Origin: the human T2T-CHM13v2.0 reference genome, Homo sapiens
Reading direction: 5' to 3' (one strand)
DNA: 64,000 bases
NCBI RefSeq assembly: GCF_009914755.1
Contig: NC_060941.1
The notes under the pieces were generated by a model. The model did not search any database and had not been told where the DNA came from. It saw only the letters and a program-made list of their open reading frames with translations. Position numbers and translations under genes: made by a program. Of the stretch, positions 38,181 to 52,773 are shown piece after piece; the first letter of the stretch is position 1; the number at the start of each line of letters is the position of its first letter.

Positions 38181-41100
38181 GAAGAGCAAACAAAAGAGGC
38201 AAGAGATGCATCAGCAGTTGCAATGCAGGACAGTTATTTGGTTTTTGATGCAAAAAATGGTGAGACAACATAAGAAATTTGAACACTGACTAGATATTTG
38301 ATATAAAGGGAATATTGTTAATTTGTTAAGGTATGATCATGGTTTTTAGATTTTTAAGTTTTTATCATTCAGAAATACATGCTGAAATATTTACAGATGA
38401 AATGATATCTGGGACTTGCCACAGAATAATCACGGATGGGATATTAATCAAATAAGATTGGGCATAATTTGATAGTTATTAAAGATGGGTGATAGATACA
38501 TGTAGTCCATTGTATTTTTCTCTTTGTTTTGGAATATGCTTCAAATTTTCCTAGAAAAAGGTATTTTAAATTCCGATGTTTTGGTTTCATCTCCTAGAAA
38601 TTCTGATACCATAGACCTAAGGTAGTGCTTAGAAATCCGGATTTTTAACAAGCACTCAAGGGAATTCAGAATCAGATGGCCACTAAGACCACAATGTGAG
38701 AAAATTAGACTAGACAGTGCAATGACTTAAATGGAGGAAATCAAGTAGGAGAAGTTGACAGTGTCTTTCATGGGGTAAGTGTTCATGATAAATATCTGCC
38801 AATTTTGTTTGCTGATTATTTATAAATATTCATCCTAGATCTTAATAGTGTTTGTGTATAATAATCATTTAGGGTGCAATTACCAGTGCTATTTCCTGAC
38901 TTGGGCCTTTTTTTTTTCCTATTAGATTTTTAAGAGTCCTTTAATGCTTGCCACATGAACCAAGGCTAATTCCCTGATTAGATAATTATCCTCGTGAATG
39001 CTTTCTTCATAATCACAATGGCAGGAGAGATGTTGCCAGGTCTTTCAGGAAGGGAGAGACACCCAGTTGTGACCCAATAAATTGGCATCAGCTCTTACTC
39101 CACCCCTTCCGGTAGGAAAGGATTTAAAACCTTGGGAAGGGGAGGGAGCCGAGAGGTGACCCATCTCTCCCAATGCTGTCAGGTCACATCACAAGGTACT
39201 CACTCCCCACCCTTTTTTCTTTCCACATTGGAGACCTTTTCAACTGGAAATCGTGCTCAGCTCAGGGGCTGAGGTGTGTAATGAAGACAGAGCTGACCGT
39301 GTTATAACGTAAACAAAATAAAAACTGGAAACTTTTGTCATAGCTCCTCAGAACTTGGGTCCCTCTCCAGCCGTTAACTGCAGGTGGCCCTTCCAGCAAA
39401 GTAACACAAAATGCTGCTGCTGGCTGAGCCTCTCTGGAATTGCAAACATGCTTTCTAAGCTCAGCTCTGCCGTGCTGCCAGCAGACGGTCTTCCAGAGGA
39501 ATCTCCTTATCATGAGGGATTCTGGGCTTCAGACCCATCTGGGATCAGCTCAGCTCAGGGTAGGTAGTTGCAGTGGCTGCATCCCACCCCACTGTAACAC
39601 ACCGTGAGCTGCAATGGCCTTACCTCTCCTGCATAATGCGGGGAAACCTCATTATGCCCCATTGATAAGGTAATGAAATAACAACAGCCAGAGATGGGCA
39701 CTGTTCACATCCTGATTTTATAGACAAAGACCTTGAGGTTTAAGGTCTCAGTGACTCCTCCAGGGTCACTCAGCTCAGAGTCAGAGCCAGGATCTTGATA
39801 ATCTTGCTCCAGATTTTGTGCATTTAACCCCATCAGAGGTTATTTTATTTGCCTTGATGCAATCAACTTGTCTTCTAAGTCCTATTCTCCTCCTCTGCCC
39901 TAAAGATAACCTACTCTTTCTCTAACAGGAACTGCATGTGTTTCCCTGAACCTGTTCTACCTGTTCTTATATACTTCCTTTTTCTTTAGCCTTTTCTTCT
40001 TCTTGAAGAAATTTTCTTTCTCTTAATCCCAATTTTACCAACTGAAATTCTGCCCCAGCTTCAAGGCCCATGTCAGATGCTATTTCTTCCAAGAAGTCTT
40101 TCATTCCTCCACTCTCATCTATAAGAAACATTTCTCCACTTTGCATCTTCATCACATTCTGCTGATAACATTTTTTTGTCACTCAGTTTGTTTCCTTTTC
40201 TTGGATTTAGTTGTTGTTGTTGCATTATGGCCGTGTTTGTATTTGCCTTACGATGTCTGTTATGTTGCAAACTCCCTGAGCCCAGTGACCATTTATTTTT
40301 ATTTTTTATTTTTTTTGCTTTTCTTATTCATATGGTCTAGCTTTGACCAGTGACCATTTATTACTCAACTTTTTATTTCCCCCAGGGTTTACAACAGTGC
40401 TTTGCATATACTATGAGCTTAAAAATACCTATTGGGTTGAATGTATGCAATACTGAAACACGTATAACTTAGTTTGCATTTATGAGAATATAATTGAATG
40501 CACTGGGGAAGTTAGGTGCTGCAAATGAGTAACCCTGTGATTCATCTTTATGGAATTAAAACAAAAAAACTCTTTAAACATGATAATTTATATCTTTGCT
40601 AAATCTGTATTTGCATTTATTAAAAAATTGGAAATAAATGGCCACTGTGTTTTCAATGTTTTGCTTTCACTTCTCCCCATTACATAGATGAGACAGAGCT
40701 GCAGAGCTGCCTAGAAAGTGAATGTATTTGGATGCTCACTCCCAACCTTCCTTGCCCTTTTGTGATTCCGGATTGGATTGAGTGTGTGAGGAGGGAAAGA
40801 GCAGCTCTCTGGGGAGATTAATAATATGGTCTGAAGGATGAAGATCAAAGAGAAACCTTGGCTGTAGACCACGCAGTGACCGTAGTAACCGGCAGAGGCT
40901 CTCTGATCTCCGTGCTCCTCGGTACCCCCTGTAATCTCACGCTGCATTTTGCACCCTTTCCTGGGGTCAGCACTCATCTCAGTTACACATCTCCACTCCA
41001 CCCTTGCTTCTCCAAAGCTCCACCTCCTGCAAGACTACAGATCTGCTGTTTATTCTTGTATAACCCATTGTCCAGTCATCAGAGTACCACCAAAAAGAGG

Positions 41101-43663
41101 TTAACAAAACTGATATGAACCCGATGAAAATTTAGGGGAAATTTGTTTATGAAAATTCAGGGGAAATTTGTTTAAACATTTTTTTAAAAAAGTACTGTTT
41201 AAAAAGTAAAAATACTTAAAAAATACCTAATTGGTCTCCTGTAGACAATATCTAACTTCACTAATTAAACTACAGCCAATCATAAGCCTTATAAAAGTTT
41301 GATTGTAAATCATCTGTTGCATGTTGTCTGGGATATGCTACAAAATAATCTGGTGGTAGGTGGGAGTTGAGAATTGTTGAAACCAAAGATAGTTCCTTGG
41401 GGTTCATTACACTATTCTCTCTTGCTTTAGTATAGGTTCTTAACTTTTTCTTAATAAGTTCTTTTCTTTAAAAAAATTGGTTTTGTTTTCAAATTCTGTC
41501 ACCAAAATTGCAGTGTGGTTAATTTTTCTGTTTTGGAATATGGGAATCACTTAGTTGAGTTCTCTGCCCCTTCTGCCTTCTTCATTTTCTCAACTTCTAT
41601 CCTTGCCTTTCTTTACCTAACTTGGTGAAACAGGGCTCTACCTGCTTGGTGAATCTCAATTACTGTCCACAGAATGGCCCAAGAACTTTGGATATTGCCA
41701 GACTGAATGCTCAGACTCCTTTCGTAACCATTTAAAAATATTCCATGGTAGCAGGAGCTCCAAGCTCGAGGGTTTTATTTTCACTGGGAACTTCAAATAC
41801 CGCCGCTGGGCTGCAAATAGAAACTAGGATGGTGGCTTGTTTCCGAAAGTCACAGTGTTTGTTCCTTTTCTCTTTTCTCTTTCCTTCTCTCTCTCTCTTT
41901 TTTCCTCTGTTGGAAAAGCATCTATTGGAGAGCGATTAGCAATTCGGGGGTACAAGAACTCTCTGGTGTTAAATATTTCCCAGGACTTCAATAGCAAAGC
42001 TCTTTGGACTGCTATGAATGACATAGTAAATTGCCACCCTTTGTCCTCATTTTGGAGACGTGTACCATACTGTTGGTCTGGGAGGAGAACAAGCTCCTAA
42101 ACCAAACATAAGACCCTAGGGAAAAAGGTGACACACACGTTGTACCTCGCAGGTGTTTTGGCACCAGCAAGTCAAACAGGGCATTTATTAAATCAGATGA
42201 GCAGACAGACTTGCCATTTGATCCACAGCAGAGCTTGTTCTGTACAAACCAAGTCCAAAATATTATTCCATTCAGTGGGCAGCTCTTTGCAACACCACTC
42301 GTTGGCACGCATCCCTTGAAAGCTGCTCTTGGAAACCTCTGAGGTTTTGCCTTTCTCTAATGTTTGTCTGACTCTATGAGGCCAAAGAGTATTCCTTGAA
42401 CAGCCAAGAAAGGCAAAATAAGGAAAAAGAGCAGTTCAAATGGTTAGAACCTTGAACTGTGGAAGAAGATGCACCAAAGAGCCTGGATTTACAACTGTCA
42501 ATCATCCCTCTTATTTTACACAGGAAAGGCATTTCTTTAATCCACCTGTTCAATTATTTATCATGCTGTGGGTTTCCTCTTAATTGTCACTTGGGCAAAG
42601 CCTTTATGCTGTAAGGGGACACCCTCATATTTTTTAATGACCTTAGGGAAAGTGATTGACACTAGATCCTGGAGTCAGATGTTCCTAGTGACGCAACTTG
42701 TTCTCCTAGTAGCAGAAAAGCTTCCTGCCATGATTAAGTTAGAGCTGTGAAAGTGCTAAAATGTGTAGTCAGCCTTCCTCTGATGCAAGCACTTTTATTA
42801 TAGGGCCTAGTTGTGGAGAAGTGTAGCAACACAAACTCTGTCTCCAAATACCTGTTTTGTCTCTGAATTAGCCACTCGGTAGAGAAAGGCAATATGCTCT
42901 ATCCACGTGCTGGGCACTTGAAATACTCATAATCACAGTCACATCTTCTCTATACTTACAATTTTTCTGGCTCTACCCCTTTACTCTTGTCTACTTGTTT
43001 TTCTGAGTTCATACCACAATGTGATCACAACTGATTTATGACTGGCAGGCTGCCAGTCTCTGAACCCTCATCAACTACTCTAGTCAAGCAAAACAAGAAG
43101 CAATCCATTCTGTATTTGAACTTGAAATGGAAAATCCTCTGTGTTTGCTTTTCTCGATAGGAGGCTGAGATGGAGCAAAAGTGTCATTCTATTTTTTTTG
43201 GACATGGCCTACACTTCCCATTGAAAACGCTTGAGAACTTGTGAGTAATGGGTGTCAGATCCACGGCTGCTCAACAGTGGATGATCCACTCCATGTTAAA
43301 ACAACACAGAGGGCTTTCTCAACTCCTCTTGTTTTGGTTTTCTTCTCTGTGCCCACTACTTTTCAGGATTCCTTAGGCAGAGGGTATTTTTAAGATGTGA
43401 CTATCTCCTGAGTGGCTGGATCATGAATAGTCTCTATTATCGCTGATTCATTTAGGTACCAATGTTGTACCACAACTAAGGCCATAAGACTAGAATACAC
43501 ATGAGGCTATGGCCCATGAAAATTTGTGATTAACTTGGAAAGGAAGGGGATATGAACAGAAAGTAGGTTTTACTCCCATTACTTTTATGCTCAAAATATT
43601 ATTACTTTTATCCTACTTTGAGCCTACTGAACCAGAATTTCTGGGGTCAGCACCTAAGTTGAG

Positions 43664-43791
43664 TCTGATGCAGTCAGTACTCAGACAGGCATTTGGAAAC
43701 CACCAGTCAAGACCATCTCTTAAGTTCTGATGCAGTCACTACTCAGGCAGGCATTTGGAAACGACCAGTCAAGACCATCTCTTAAGTTCTG
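43664..43791. repeat. 62-bp tandem duplication (2 copies)
   Basis: TCTGATGCAGTCA[G/C]TACTCAG[A/G]CAGGCATTTGGAAAC[C/G]ACCAGTCAAGACCATCTCTTAAGT twice, 3 mismatches. Confidence 0.92.
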
Positions 43792-43829
43792 TTGAGATGT
43801 AAGCTTCTATTATTAAAAACAACAACAAC

Positions 43830-44160
43830 AGCCAGGCGCGGTGGCTCATGCCTGTAATCCCAGCACTTTGAGAGGCTGAGGCAGGCGGATCACGAGGTCA
43901 GGAGATCGAGACCATCCTGGCTAACATGGTGAAACCCCGTCTCTACTAAAAATACAAAAAAAAAATTAGCCAGGCGTGGTGGCGGGTGCCTGTAGTCTCA
44001 GCTACTCAGGAAGCTGAGGCAGGAGAATGGTGTGAACCCCGGAGGTGAAAGTTGCAGTGAGCCGAGATTGCACCATTGCACTCCAGCCTGGGCAACAGAG
44101 AGAGACGTCGTCTCAGAAAAAAAACAAAAAACAAAAAACAAAAAACTAACAACAACAAAA
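43830..44160 (+). mobile_element. AluY/Sc-like
   Basis: GAGATCGAGACCATCCTGGCTAACATGG; A/C-rich tail. Confidence 0.9.
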
Positions 44161-45337
44161 ATGAAAAGCCCCAAACAACAATAACAGAAACCTCAAAAGC
44201 AACAAGAGCCTGTTAGTAAAAAACCACATTGCATGATCATGTTATATTTTCTACATGATTTCTACACGTATTATAGATATTGATGCAAATTTTAATTCAC
44301 CACTGTAACTTTTTTTTTTTTTCACATCTGGTACCATCAGAAAGAATGTAGCTGTAGACACAACCAGTTTCAAGACTTGATGAACCATCCTTAACTGCAT
44401 GGCCCAAGGGAGGACATTCCATGGGAACCTACAATGCCTGCATTAGCAAGACAGTGGCAAAATTGCAATGGAAAGAAGAAGAATTTGCAGCCAGAAGAGG
44501 TCTAGATCTGGGTGTGAATTGTTTCTATCACATATGCACTATTTGATCATGAGCAAGCCATTTAATCTCTTCAAGTCTCAGTTACCGCATCAAAAAATGA
44601 GGATAACATTTTATAGAGCGTCTGGAAGGAAATAGCAAGGCAATGCAAGTGAAAATGCTATGTCCACCTTAAAGCACCAGGCAAATGCTAATTGGCCCTC
44701 TACTAGGTAGTTTGATAGCATCAAAGTTATTTTTTAGCTATATAAATTTGGATATAGATATGCCGAACACAAAGAACCTTTAGTTTGGCCAAAAAAATTG
44801 ATCTATGCGTGGATTTGAATTTTCTCTCAGTATTTGCAATTTACTTTTTTTCTAGACTTTACTATGAGCTTAAGTATTTGCAATTTCGCACGTGACATAA
44901 GCTGCTGTTTTTCTATTAATGTCCTATTTGACTGATTTTCTTGTAGCTTCCGTAGTTTTATATGTCACACAGATTCACTCAAAGCATATGTCAACTTTGA
45001 GACAGACAGTAATCCTACCTAATGTATTGAGTAGCAGGCATTGCCATAAGCACTTTATATCTATTAACTCAATTAGTAATTACTACAACCGTATTATGAA
45101 CCAACATTATTCCCATTTTGTTAATGAGGAAACTGAGGCAGAGAGAAACTGACTTGTGCAGAGATACACAGGTAGTAAGTGATAAAGCTGGATTCCAAGC
45201 CCAGGTACTTTAACCACAGTGCTATGGTGTCTTTAGGAAGATAGTATGTGATATGATGATGAGGAGAAAGATTTTAGTTATAATTTTTTTTATTAATGAT
45301 CCCCAAGTGCTTGTGCAATATAAGAACCTGAATATTT

Positions 45338-45664
<327 letters not shown>

Positions 45665-46283
45665 TCATTATCTGATTATAGGTTTGAGCTCTATGGATAT
45701 TGGAGTTATTTAACCCCTTTGCTTGGACAGAATTTTGCGGTTGATAGATATCCTTAACAAATTCTTTAATTTTCACCCAGTAAGGTGGAGAGGCTGAAGG
45801 CTAGCTCTCACCATCACCTTTTGATGTTCACTTATGGTGTTCCATCTGTGAGTGCTCCTGATTGCTCCTCCTCAATTCCCATCACCTGGTTAACTCCTTT
45901 GTCTGTCCTGGGCTTATCAAGTCACCACCTGCAGGAAGCCTTCTTTGATTTCCCCTGACATGTGTTACGGTTTCCAAATATGCACTTCCTTCGCACTGTG
46001 CATCTAGTGGCAGGCTGAGGCTGGCTTATAATCTGAATCTTGAATTTTCCACAAGGGAAACTCAAGGAGGATGAGAATGAAAGCATCAGCCATATGTTTG
46101 GTGGCAGAAGATGTGGCTAGGGTCCTGAGCCTCACAAGACTCAGGAGAGAGTGTTTTGATATTTGTTAAATGCTGCAAATATATGGAGGTTGTCAGAAAA
46201 AATCCTGGCTTCAGATGGCAAATCATTCCATAATAATCTCTAATTTTAGTCCGGGTTTCTCAAAACTGTTGCTGACCTTACTC

Positions 46284-46601
46284 TTTTTTTTTTTTTTTTT
46301 TTTTTTTGAGACAGAGTTTTTTGTTCTTTCATCCAGGCTGGAGTGCAGCAGTGCGATCTCGGCTCACTGCAACCTCTGCCTTCTGATTTCAAGCGATTCT
46401 CCTGCCTCAGCCTCCTGAGTAGCTGGGACTACAGGCACCCGCCACCACACCCGGCTAATTTTCTTGTATTTTTAGTACAGACTGTGTTTCACCATGTTTG
46501 CCAGGCTGGTCTCGAACTCCTGACCTCATAATCCACCTGCCTCGGTCTCCCAAAGTCTCCCAAAGTGCTGGGATTACAGGCGTGAGCCACTCCACCTGGC
46601 C
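46284..46601 (-). mobile_element. Alu (AluS-like)
   Basis: Poly(T) plus antisense Alu; ACTCTTT on both flanks. Confidence 0.92.
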
Positions 46602-47404
46602 CCACTCTTTAGCTTAGACACCTGAGACTGTGTTGCTCAGCTTCTACTTGAGACATTCCTTCAAGAACCAGGTACTGACAGTTTACTGTGTACCAGGCAG
46701 GATAGGCAGTGTGGCTAAGTGAGTGGGTTCTGGATTTTGAACTCAGGCCCTAAGTGTGCTCACTATGTGATCTCATTTAATGGCTTCATCTATGTCTCAG
46801 TTTCCTTATCCGTGAAATGAAGGCAATAATGGTATCTATTTCACTAGGCTGCTGTGAGGATCAAATGAGATATTCCATGTGGAGCTCAGAATATGACCTT
46901 TGGAGCATAATGGATGCTTGATAAATGCTGAAGCTGGGACTGCGATGACTTAAACTTCCAGTCTCTAGTTTGGTTTCCTGATCTCCAGAGCACTTCCCGA
47001 GAATTTCTCTTTCGCTGCTTTGCTCCTCCAAAGTCCAAATCTAAATCCTACTTTCCCATTCCAAATCCTTCTCCTATCTCTAACTTGCTATGCTGTATCA
47101 AGCCCACATTCTTGTGCTACGTCTCCTTTCTTAAAACTTTAAAAGCAGATGTTACACCCATAAAAATGGCTAAAATGAAAAAAGATGAAAAATACTAAAA
47201 AATGGCTGAAGATGTAGTGCATCCAGACTCTGAAGAGTGCTGGCAGGAGAGTACACTGACTCAATCACTTTGGAAAACTTTCTGGCAATAAGGCTGAACA
47301 CATACTGTCCTTTAATCCAGGAATTCCACACCTAGGTCTACCCTCAGCAGAAACATGCACATACGTACATCAAAAATCATGTAGAACAAATTTCATCATA
47401 GCAC

Positions 47405-48125
47405 AATATTAGCTACCTACTGCTGCAAAACATATTACCCCCAAACTTAGCAACTTAAAACAACAGACATTTATTATCTCACAGTTTCTGTGGGTGAGGA
47501 ATCTGGGAATAACTTAGCTGGGTTCAGGGCCAAGGTACCCATTAGGTACGGCAGGCACCAGGCCTAGGGACCACGATGCTTGTTAGTACAATTTCCTCCT
47601 TCCAGTGAGTGAGATACTTCCTTTTTGTTGTAATGGAGGAAGGGGCCCACAAAGACAAAAGTGCATAGGTCCCATAAAGTCACCGTGCAGCCCTGGCTGG
47701 ATGGGTTTCTCATGAGGTCTGTCAAGCTGTCATCCGGGAACACAGTCCTTGGAAGCCTCCCCTGGGAAAAGATCCACTTCTATGCTCACTCAGGTAGTGG
47801 CTGGCAGTTCTTAGTTCTTCTCTAGTTGTTGGCTGGAGACCTCAGTTTCTCACCACATGGGCCCCTGCATGGCTGCCTGAGTGACCTCAGGACATGGTAG
47901 ATGGCTTCCCTCAGAGAAAGAGGGAGTGAGGGAGAGTGGGAGCAATCAAAAGAGAGAAAAAACAAGATGTCTTTATAACCTAATCTTGGAAGTCAACTAC
48001 TACCCCTTCTGCCATATTCTATTGTTTACACAAACCAACTCTGGGACAATGTGGGAGGAGGCCACAGAATCTGTGAATACCAGGAGTCCGGGATCATGTG
48101 ATACCGTTAGAGGCTGGCTACCAAA
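47405..48125 (-). mobile_element. MLT1F-like MaLR LTR
   Basis: ccccaaacttagcaacttaaaacaacagacatttattatctcacagtttctgtggg is typical antisense MLT1 3' sequence. Confidence 0.7.
47525..47695 (-). mobile_element. MER53-like hAT MITE
   Basis: TIRs CAGGGC...GCCCTG; degenerate 8-bp TSD GCTGGGTT/GCTGGATG. Confidence 0.7.
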
Positions 48126-48654
48126 AATACTATCTTCAGTCATTAAAAACTAGAAACTATCCAAATGTCTATCAACAGTAGAAAGACTAAATAAATGATA
48201 CTGTATTTGTACAATGGAATTCTACACAGCAATAAGAATGAACCATTTATAACTACGTACAACCATATAGATTGTAGCTCATAAACATAATGTTGCAAGA
48301 AGAAGCCAGGAACAAATAGTATACTTGATACGATTCCACTGATGCAAAGTTAAAAAACAGGCAACACAACTCTGGGTGTTAGAGGCCACATAGTGGTTTC
48401 GCCTGGAGAGATACTGATGGAAAGTAGATACAAAGGGAGCTTTTGGGTGCTGGCAATATTCAGTATCTTTGTCTGGATGTTAATTCCACAAGTTTATAAA
48501 AATTCATTGAGCTGTACAACTTTCTCTGTGTAAATTATACTTTAACAAGAGTTTTTCAAAAGTAGATGTTGTAATACCTGTATTGTCTCCTTTTGCTAAA
48601 GAGACATTCTGGAAATGATTTTGGTTATGGCTAAGCATAAAACTGGGTGCTATA

Positions 48655-49339
<685 letters not shown>

Positions 49340-51756
49340 CTGGGGCAACTACAATGTGTGGTCAACCTATTGTTCCTGGTGCTAGGCCTCGCCTGCTGTG
49401 AGATCTTAGCTGAACAGTCCCTTAACCTCTCTGAACTATAGTTTCCTCAATTGTAAAGTGGAGTGAACACTTATACTCCCAGCCTCAGAGTGTGGTGAAG
49501 AATATCAGGTACAGTTGAGTGCTGTTACACTATCGAGCACTATAATATCAAGATCTTCCAAGTTCAGAACCGTAATACTTGCCTGGAGACCAGAATATGT
49601 ATCGCCTATTTAACATCTCTCTCACCTGTATTCCTCTCTTTCTCTTTAGGGATGGTGGGGGGGAGCGGGTGATGGAAAGTAGGTTTGAGGCTTTGTGATC
49701 TGGCTCTCTGGGGTTCATCCTTTGGCCTCAAACTTCTGTGCTATCACGTGATCTCCTTGTGCAGTTTCTCCAGGCAGGATTCCCTAGATTAACCAAGAGA
49801 GTAAGATGGGGAGCAGAGCCACCATACAGCTATGATTCTCACCTGGGCCAGAGACCAGCTGCACAGAACAAGGTTAAAAGTTGTTTCTGTGCACTCTGGG
49901 ATGTCTGTGTTTAGGGGGAATTCCACTAGGTGATATAGCTGGTTTCTGATATTCTAGGGAGGAGTCAGATTATCTTTTTAATACATTTATGCATGCATTT
50001 TATATGCATTCATTTATTTTCTGTCGCACCTGCATATTTGTATATAATACAACCATTTGTAAAGATAGACCTTACCCAATAAAAACATTTTATGAGATAA
50101 TTGTGATAATTTGTAATCCCAATTTGAGTTTATTCTCCTCGTGGGAGTTGGGGTTCACAGTGTGTAGAACTATCTCTGCGCCGTGCAGCTATGTAACAGT
50201 ATATACCTTTTAATGTGACTAGAAGCTCCCTAAATGGAGCAAGTCTTTCCCGTACTAACAGAACCCCAAGATAGCCACTGTGAAGTGGCTTAGGGAAGTG
50301 TGTAAGGGTGGGATAAATGGAGAATCTCCACCAACTCCTCACGTTTAGGAGAGATTTGATCCCATTTTGGTTATTACAATTTAGGTCTTTCCATAGAACT
50401 GTTTCTTCTGGGACTCAAGTAGCTGCATGGGGCCCCCTGGTGGCCGGAAATAATTCATGAGTTTGCTTTTCAAGCATTTTGAAGGCCAGGTCAGGCTAGA
50501 GAAGAATAGAGAGTAAATATTCGCCTCCAACTGCTGCTTACAGTGGAGGTGTAATAGAGAGTGAGATGGCCTCTTTGGGGGAAAAATGAGAACTAAACTT
50601 TTTTCTTTAACGAGATTAGAATGGACTATAATTCTGGATAAACCATTCACTTTCTGATTTTTTATTTTTTGGCTCATTTAGCACCTTAATTAGGTACTTA
50701 TTGAGTACTTAATCTCCGTAAGCCATTATGTTAGGCATTTCACTAGGGTTAAAAAGAGGATCTATCACACACTTCTAAGGAGCTTTGGAATAAGGATAAA
50801 ACTTATGCCACCAACACGACAGAAAATAAAAGATGCCATCAGAGAATAAAAGATGAACTCACGAAAGGGCATTTACTTTCAGATAAAAGGGAAGACTTCC
50901 GGGAAGAGGTAGCATTTGAGCTGAGTGCTGATGAGAAGCAGGATTTGGGGAGATTAAAATCAAGGAAACAATGGCACTATAAGCGAGGGAAAACACAAGT
51001 TTGGACAGACATGGAGGCAGGAAAACCAAAGTCGGGTGCAAGAATGGTGAATAGTCTATTCTGGCTAACTCATAAGGAGGTTTGGGGATTAGAGTGAGTA
51101 TGAAAACTGGATACGTCCTTTTGGATCAGACTGGAGAATCTTGAACCTTGTCTGAGTAATTTCTTAATACAGCAATGCGGTGGCGGGGTGGGGGGTGGGC
51201 TTTGAGTATCTTTGCACGGAGAAGAGGCATGTGAAGGCACAGACTCACTTGCATTGAAATGAGCACAGCCCCCTAAACTTGCATTTGGTTGGGAGGAATG
51301 TTGATCTGTACGTGACACCATCTGACCTGCAAAGTCATTTTTAGGGTGTTTCCACTTACCAAAACTACCTGAGCATGAGGGAGTAGTAAGGGCCCCAGGG
51401 CTCCTGTCATGTTTAATTAAATTTCTGGACAGAAAGACTTTCAATGAGTGTGCTATGCTAGGCTGATTTTGTTTTCCAAGTTTTAAGAAACCTTCATGCC
51501 TATCTTTCGATTCTAGCTTAAGGTGGTTTAAACTACATGAATGAGCTGTATTTCTGGCTGGAGTTACAGGGTAGAGTCCTAGCTGTGGACTAGCTCAATG
51601 TCCACTGAAGAATTCAAGCAGTAACTTTATTTGCATTGTATTAGATCTAACTGAGTAAGAAACCTGAGAATCTACATTATGCCTGGCATATAGTTGGTGC
51701 TGGCATACGTGTTAAGCAAATAATTAACAACTGATTCCACAAAAATGTAATATACA

Positions 51757-51762
51757 TTTAAT
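51757..51762 (-). terminator. Probable TMEM100 polyadenylation signal (ATTAAA)
   Basis: ATTAAA followed ~25 nt later by U/GU-rich gttgttaattatttg on the minus strand. Additional AATAAA at 52045-52040 and 51631-51626. Confidence 0.6.
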
Positions 51763-52773
51763 AGCACATTATAAAGTTCCTGACCAAAGACGTTGATTTC
51801 CTAATTATAATAGCACAGAAATCCTTTAGAATTTAGTAAACGTAATTAAGACTATTCAGAAGTAATGAAAAACCAATATGATAAAAACAAAAATCCTCCA
51901 GTAAAGAAGGAACCTGTCCATTTGAGAGAAATACAATTGAGAACTTGCAAATGAGACAAGGGAAGATGGCAATTTGGAACTGCAATAGAAATAACTATAG
52001 CAGAAACAACCATTTAAGAAGTTTTAGCAGCAATAAGTATTTATTATTCTGAATGAAATGTACAGTTGACTTTTATATAAAAATCATCAAAAGTGCTATA
52101 TTGGATTATTTTACTATTAATTTAACCCCCAACAGCATCTATTAGCTATAACTTTAATGGGTTTTTCTTTACTTCTGATACATCATTACAACTGGCTAAC
52201 ACTGTCCAATGTTAAAATATAAAAAATATTACTTTTCAAGATAAAGTACCACCAGTGATGAGTTATTAAAAGTATAAAATGAAAACAGACGCCAGTGAAT
52301 CAATGTATTGAAAAAAATTATCACAGAATTTCATAGACATATGCGAAACCCAAGGTAATTTAGATCCTTGGCAGAACATTTTTATGATACATCTTAAGAC
52401 TGTAGGTTATTTCTTTTGGAGGCAAATGTCTAGTGTGCCAGGCCTATCTTGATTTTTCTCATCTTTTCTTGGCTACTTTACAGGGTGAACCAAATACTGT
52501 CTAATGCTGTGCACTCCCATGACCCCCAAAGTGTTTCATGTAAATAGAAAGCTGATTTTTCAGTCTCAGAAGTAGCCCTTAGGGTTAAGTTTGTCGTTAA
52601 AGAAGACATGAGTCATTCCTCACAAAGGAGAAGCCCCTCCACCCTCCCACCCCCATTCTTCCAGTCTGCTCCAACGCCAAGTCTGTTCTCTCCCACCATG
52701 GTTCTGGGTGAATTGGGTGACAAAGTCAGAGCACGTTTTCCAGGCCCAATGGCCCATTTGGTCGTATTCAGTC

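Larger units (their letters stand above)
47150..48570 (+). mobile_element. Old L1M 3' fragment, host of nested MLT1 and MER53
   Basis: acacccataaaaatggctaaaatg...actttggaaaac and ccaaatgtctatcaacagtagaa...aatggaattctacacagcaat are L1 ORF2-end/3'UTR motifs. Confidence 0.7.
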
